Source of the DNA: Chloroflexota bacterium
GTDB lineage: Bacteria; Chloroflexota; Dehalococcoidia; Lucifugimonadales; UBA3495
Assembly: GCA_027623675.1 (NCBI GenBank)
Contig: JAQBVF010000007.1
Span: 32,001 to 96,000 of the forward strand
Reading direction: 5' to 3'
Length of the DNA stretch: 64,000 nucleotides
Shown here: in pieces, positions 59,098 to 64,000 of the stretch
Position numbering within the stretch: the first letter of the stretch is position 1
Layout of the letters: the number at the start of each line of letters is the position of its first letter
Notes under the pieces: generated by a model
Told to the model about the DNA's origin: nothing
Seen by the model: the letters and a program-made list of their open reading frames with translations, nothing else
Database searches by the model: none
Translations under genes and position numbers: made by a program

Positions 59098-59343
59098 TCA
59101 GCCACCGCTAACGGGCGGGATCAGGCAAACGTCGTCGCCGGGTTGGAGCACAACACTGGCATCGGCATAGTCGGTGTTCACCGCCACGACGATGTTAACT
59201 TCGGGCGGCGCCAGGTTGGGGAATCGACGGCGCATCTCGTCCGTAAGGTCCGCGACCGTCGCTCCGTCAGGAACGACCACCGGCACGATGCTTCGGCCAG
59301 CCCGCTCCCGGTATAGGGCAAATAACCTCACGTTGAGTTCCAT
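59098..59343 (-). CDS. moaD: Molybdopterin synthase sulfur carrier subunit
   Basis: LFALYRE, AVN, PPVSGG C-terminus. Confidence 0.95.
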   Translation of the reverse strand: MELNVRLFALYRERAGRSIVPVVVPDGATVADLTDEMRRRFPNLAPPEVNIVVAVNTDYADASVVLQPGDDVCLIPPVSGG

Positions 59344-59475
59344 GTTTCCGGGTAAGCTCCAGCGGCCGAGCCGCCTAATAAAAAAGCCCGGGCCACAGGC
59401 TGCCGGGCCGTCATTTTGGTTTATGAACCATTATCCCATAGCGGTCCATGCCGCGCCAGTCTTGCCTAGCTTGCT

Positions 59476-60720
59476 TCACCAGGTCACCAGATTCCACCCA
59501 CCACTCAACGGGACGAGCCGACCGTTCAAGAGCGCGGATTGGGGACGGTCCACCAGCAGCCAATAGATATTTCCGGGCACCATGGACTTGACGGTGTTGA
59601 TGCTGGCGAATGCCGGGCGGGGATCAAAGAAATTCCAGTTCTGGGTGTCGTTATCGTAGGCCCACACCCGGACCAGGTTGTCGTTCTGGACCAGATCTAT
59701 CAGGTCCAGAGATGCCCCCACCGCAGGCTGGGGGGTTGGAAGCGGTTGCTGTACCACGGGCCCCTCCAGCACGGTGAAGCTCCTGACCGCGGTAACTTTC
59801 CCCACCGTCGCCGATACGGTGTGAATTCCAGGTGCAAACACGGGCACGGCAAAGAACGATTGGAACCGGCCATTTCCATCCGTGGCCGGCTCGGACGAAC
59901 CCGATACCGTTGTATTGCCAGCCCGGAGACTGGAGACATCGGTATAGGCCGGGAACCTTTCGCCGGTAACCGTGACCACACTGCCTGGTAGTCCTTCCAT
60001 CGGAGAAAGCGTGACCAACGCCCCTGGGACTGCGTGGGTGTAGATGCCGAACTGGTCGAAGCCCACCACGGTGGCCCGGACCTTATTTTCGGATGGAATA
60101 CCAGCCGAATTTGGGACCTTTAACGTTGTACTGATCTGCCCCCTGGTATCGGGGGTAACCTCGCCCACTTTGACGTCACCATAGGTGATCGCCACGCGGA
60201 CGGTGGTGGCAACGGCCTGGTTCGATGCCGGAAACCCATCCCCGGTTAGGGAGAAACTGGAGCCGCGCACCCCTTCTTTCGGGTCCAGAGTGATGTTGGG
60301 TGTACGGATGGTGATCTGGGTCGTCACGGACAGACCCTGGTCATCGACCGCCGATATCAAGACCACCCCCCCGGCGATGACCCTGTCGGTGACTGGGATG
60401 GTGATGTAAGTGGCCCAGCCGCCCGTGGCGTCGAAATTGATGGGGTAGGTGACGTTGGGCGAGGTGAGTTGGGTGCCGCCGACGGTGATGACGCTGGTTC
60501 CGGCGCCGGTGATTTGATGCGCCCCTGATTCCTGAGCGCCGCCCGAGGTGGACGCTGGCGTGAACCCGGCTCCCCTCAGGACCACTGTCTCATTGGGGAC
60601 CGCGCCCTGTGGCGTAACCGTGAGGACGGCGTCGCTTTGGGCGGCTGCGGGACCGGCCCCGAAGGACGCGAAGAGGACTGCCAAAACCATGAGGAAGACG
60701 AGTTTCGGCCTTGGGTACAC
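59476..60720 (-). CDS. Secreted surface protein with three Ig-like repeats and a Trp-rich C-terminal domain
   Basis: Signal peptide (AAA-Q); repeats of xxLxPxxGxxGxxVxxxGxGF; C-terminus RVWAYD..WNFFDP..YW..GWNLVTW. Confidence 0.8.
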   Translation of the reverse strand: MYPRPKLVFLMVLAVLFASFGAGPAAAQSDAVLTVTPQGAVPNETVVLRGAGFTPASTSGGAQESGAHQITGAGTSVITVGGTQLTSPNVTYPINFDATGGWATYITIPVTDRVIAGGVVLISAVDDQGLSVTTQITIRTPNITLDPKEGVRGSSFSLTGDGFPASNQAVATTVRVAITYGDVKVGEVTPDTRGQISTTLKVPNSAGIPSENKVRATVVGFDQFGIYTHAVPGALVTLSPMEGLPGSVVTVTGERFPAYTDVSSLRAGNTTVSGSSEPATDGNGRFQSFFAVPVFAPGIHTVSATVGKVTAVRSFTVLEGPVVQQPLPTPQPAVGASLDLIDLVQNDNLVRVWAYDNDTQNWNFFDPRPAFASINTVKSMVPGNIYWLLVDRPQSALLNGRLVPLSGGWNLVTW

Positions 60721-60814
60721 CGCCACCCCTCCCAAACAAATCGTTTCACCATGATACCAGGCGGCGGACGGCGGTCCATCCTGTTACGCTAACGGTTTGG
60801 CGTGAATGCATCGC

Positions 60815-61597
60815 CTAGTGCATCACCAGTCCGCCGTCCACGTTAAAGGCTTGCCCGGTGATGTTCCTGCCGCCCGGGCCAGCCAGAAATTCAGCCATCG
60901 CCGCGATGTCTTCCGGCTCGTTGGGCCGTCCGATGGGGATACGGGCGTCCCGGTTGGCCTCCATCTCCTGCAGGGACTGTCCGGTGACCTGAGCGCGTCC
61001 GGCCATGGTCTCCGCCGCCATGGCAGTGAGGGTCGATCCGGGGCAGATGGCGTTGACGTTGATGTCGTACTTGCCCAGTTGCAGCGCCGCGATGTGGGTC
61101 ATGGATATCACCGCGCCCTTACTGGCGGCATAGGCGGCATTGGACGTGCCGGCATACCCCTTTCCGGCGATGGAGGCGATGTTGATGATCCGGCCTCCGT
61201 GACCCTGGTCGATCAACTCTCGGGCCGCCCGCTGCATGCAGAAGAAGACTCCCTTGGCGTTAACCCTGTGTATCATGTCCCAGTCGCTTTCCTGCACGTC
61301 CATGATGTCCAGATATTTGGTGATTCCGGCGTTGTTCACCACGATATCGATGCGGCCAAATGTGTCTTTGGCCTGGCGCACCATGCGGTCGATATCGTCC
61401 AGGTTGCCCATGTCGGCAGGCAGGGCGATACTCTCCCGGCCCAGTTGTTTCACGGCCACGGTGGTGTCTTCGGCGTTGGCGGCGTCGATGTCCGACACGG
61501 CGACGTTGGCGCCCGCCTCGGCCAACCGGAGGGATATCGCCCGCCCCATGCCCCTGCCGGCGCCGGTTACCAGGGCTATCTTGTCTTGCAATTGCAT
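60815..61597 (-). CDS. SDR-family oxidoreductase
   Basis: TGAGRGMG, NNAG, YAASK, NVDGG. Confidence 0.95.
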   Translation of the reverse strand: MQLQDKIALVTGAGRGMGRAISLRLAEAGANVAVSDIDAANAEDTTVAVKQLGRESIALPADMGNLDDIDRMVRQAKDTFGRIDIVVNNAGITKYLDIMDVQESDWDMIHRVNAKGVFFCMQRAARELIDQGHGGRIINIASIAGKGYAGTSNAAYAASKGAVISMTHIAALQLGKYDINVNAICPGSTLTAMAAETMAGRAQVTGQSLQEMEANRDARIPIGRPNEPEDIAAMAEFLAGPGGRNITGQAFNVDGGLVMH

Positions 61598-61772
61598 ATA
61601 GAACCTCTAGATACGACCGGGTGGATACGGTTGGGGCGAGTGTAGTCGCGCCTAATATGCCTGTCAACGACACACGACAGTCTCTTCGTTGACAGGCGAT
61701 CTGGCCCAGACTAAACTCCCGGCAACTTCCAAGCAGGCTCCTATCAGGCTCATATTCCGAGGGAGGAACGAT

Positions 61773-63191
61773 ATGGCGAACGCAAGGGTCGATACGATCG
61801 TGAGAGGCGGCAAAGTGGTGACCTCGTCTCAGGTGATGGACGCGGCGGTGGCCATTCAGGGAGAGAAGATCGCGGCGGTCGGGCCGGAAAACCTGATGCC
61901 AGAAGCCGACAGGTACATCGACGCGGAAGGCAAGTTCGTGCTGCCGGGGCTGATCGATTCCCACGTGCATCTGGACGGACACGACGACTATGCCTTGGGC
62001 GCATTGGCGGCGGCCCACGCCGGTTTGACGACCTTGGTCCCCTTCGGAAATTACGCTTTGGAGGGTGACGAGACCCTGGAGCAGGCGATACGCCGCGTCC
62101 AAGATGAGGTCGGCACGGCGGCGTTGGTGGACTTTGGCTTCCACTTCATCCTGCAGAACCGGCCCAGCATCCTGGCTTCACTTCCCCGGGCCATGGAACT
62201 GGGTGTGAAGTCGTTCAAGATGTTCATGACGTACAAGAAACGGCCCGGCCGGATGTGCGATGACGACTATATCTGCAACGCCATGGACCTGGTCGCCAAG
62301 GGCGGCGGTGTGCTGCAGCTCCACTGCGAGAGCGGCAACATCATTGAATACCTGGAGAACAAGTTGATCGCCGAGGGGCACACTCATCCCGAGGACTTTC
62401 CCACGGCCTGCCCCGATTGGGCCGAAGAAGAGGCGATCAACCGGGCTATCAAGATGGGCGCCGCCACCGGGTGCCCCACCTACGTGGTGCACCTCAGCAC
62501 GCAACTAGGTCTGGAACGGATCAAACTGGCGCAGGCCCAGGGTCAGAAGATCTGGACCGAGACCTGCCCTCAATACCTGCTGCTATCCGACGCCGAGATG
62601 GCCAAGTTCGGCCCGCTGGCGAAGATTGGCCCTCCATTGCGGCCCGAAGACGGACCGGACCGGGACGCGCTGTGGAACGGTCTCCGGCAGGGACAGATAT
62701 CCTTGGTGGGCAGCGACCATTCGCCCCACCCCGAGGAGTTGAAGAAGCCAGGCTGGGACAACATATTCGTGACGCCCGACGGCGCATCGGTCCCGTTTGG
62801 CTCGCCGGGCATCGAAACCGTGGCCCCGTTGATGTACAGCGAAGGAGTGGTCAAGCGGGGCTTCCCCATCTGGTGGCTGGCTCGGGTGATGGCGGAGAAC
62901 CCGGCCCGAATCTTTGGGCTATATCCGAGAAAGGGCGTGATCCAAGCAGGCTCCGACGCCGACCTGCTGATCCTGGACCCGGGAGTCGACCGGGTGGTGA
63001 CGGCCAAGGACCACCACAGCAACGCCGGGTACACCCTGTTCGAGGGCTGGAAGGTGAGCGGCAGGCCCTGGATGACCCTGCTCCGAGGACAGGTGCTTCT
63101 GAACCAGGGAACATTGGAGCAGAAACCCGGCTACGGCAAGTTTCTGGCCTGCGAGGGTCCAACCACGCCCCTGGGCGGACCGGTGGACTAA
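61773..63191 (+). CDS. Dihydropyrimidinase/hydantoinase-like cyclic amidohydrolase
   Basis: PGLIDSHVH, SFKMFM, LHCE, VHLS, ETCPQYL, GSDHSP, NPARIFG. Confidence 0.9.
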   Translation: MANARVDTIVRGGKVVTSSQVMDAAVAIQGEKIAAVGPENLMPEADRYIDAEGKFVLPGLIDSHVHLDGHDDYALGALAAAHAGLTTLVPFGNYALEGDETLEQAIRRVQDEVGTAALVDFGFHFILQNRPSILASLPRAMELGVKSFKMFMTYKKRPGRMCDDDYICNAMDLVAKGGGVLQLHCESGNIIEYLENKLIAEGHTHPEDFPTACPDWAEEEAINRAIKMGAATGCPTYVVHLSTQLGLERIKLAQAQGQKIWTETCPQYLLLSDAEMAKFGPLAKIGPPLRPEDGPDRDALWNGLRQGQISLVGSDHSPHPEELKKPGWDNIFVTPDGASVPFGSPGIETVAPLMYSEGVVKRGFPIWWLARVMAENPARIFGLYPRKGVIQAGSDADLLILDPGVDRVVTAKDHHSNAGYTLFEGWKVSGRPWMTLLRGQVLLNQGTLEQKPGYGKFLACEGPTTPLGGPVD

Positions 63192-63297
63192 ACTTCCAGT
63201 ATCGGCGGCCGGTTCGGTCCGGGCACCACGAAAGGACACAAAGCCACGCGCTGGGCGGGTTTGAGATTCGCCGCGAAACATCTGCGTTCCGGGCAGC

Positions 63298-64000
63298 CTA
63301 ACGACCGACTTCCGCCGCCATCCAAGCCAGGAATACTTCCACCGCCTCGGGGTCTTCCAATTGGTAGTCGGCCGAGGACAGCAGCTCCGGCGGCGCCATG
63401 CGGCGTCTGCCCATGACGGCAACGTTGCACCCGGTTAATCCCTCGGATTCACGAAGCAGGTCCAACATCTTGAATCCATCAACGTCGGTGATATCGTCGC
63501 CGAGCATTATCGCTGACTTGATCTTGTGTTCCTCAACGATTGACCTTAGCGCAGTCCCCTTTGTTATCTCAGTGGAGACTTGCATCTCGATCACCATGCT
63601 CCCCTCGTATCGGGTCAAACCCGCTGAATAGGGGCTCGTCTCGAAAAAACTCGATACGGCCTCGCGTGCCCCGGCACGGTCGATGGCCTGCCGATAGTGG
63701 ACCGCAACTGAAAACGGTTTTTCTTCAATCACGATTCCAGAGATGCCGTTCAATGCGGATTTGGCCGCCCTGGCCAACCGGCGAAGGTCCCGGCTGGCAG
63801 CCGGAACATCGGTTGCGAAGGTAGTGGTTCCTTTTTCCCATACTTCGAGGCCGTGGCTTGCCTCGTAAATCACGGAAGGCAGACCCACCAATGACCTCGC
63901 GCTTGCGACATCCCGCTCGGTAAGTATCACTACTGTGATGCGGTTGGCCAGCACTGATAGAGCCTGACGCACCGCCGGAGAGATCCTGGCAAACCGGGGC
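63298..64000 (-). CDS. otsB: Trehalose-6-phosphate phosphatase-like HAD hydrolase (5' end outside window)
   Basis: ASHGLE, EEKPFSVAVHYRQA, TKGTAL, LGDDITDVDGF. Confidence 0.8.
   Translation of the reverse strand, partial: PRFARISPAVRQALSVLANRITVVILTERDVASARSLVGLPSVIYEASHGLEVWEKGTTTFATDVPAASRDLRRLARAAKSALNGISGIVIEEKPFSVAVHYRQAIDRAGAREAVSSFFETSPYSAGLTRYEGSMVIEMQVSTEITKGTALRSIVEEHKIKSAIMLGDDITDVDGFKMLDLLRESEGLTGCNVAVMGRRRMAPPELLSSADYQLEDPEAVEVFLAWMAAEVGR

Overview
GC-rich bacterial chromosomal segment whose gene content (three luciferase-like monooxygenases, CaiB/BaiF CoA-transferase, amidohydrolases, ComDE-like decarboxylase, GuaB3, DUF3500) suggests a Chloroflexota/Dehalococcoidia genome, probably SAR202-like; this is an inference from content, not a marker-gene assignment. 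About 50 CDSs (including dnaE, clpC, radA, panB, moaDE, pepC, ogt, partial otsB and a MoxR-DUF58-transglutaminase operon), tRNA-Gln(CTG), tRNA-Pro(GGG) and a stand-alone 5S rRNA are present. The main signal the ORF track misses is three genes split by in-frame TGA codons that read as selenocysteine, each followed by a SECIS-like hairpin: two UGSC-motif selenoproteins, each upstream of a paralogous uncharacterised ~350-aa partner, and one deiodinase-like selenoprotein. Other notable items: a candidate 6S-like RNA upstream of clpC, two copies of a ~272-bp composite REP/MITE-like element, many short tandem duplications (two of which disrupt the 5' end of a 7-repeat propeller surface protein), a decayed toxin-antitoxin cluster inside a selenoprotein locus, and two enzymes with substituted catalytic residues. 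No CRISPR array, integrase or transposase was found.
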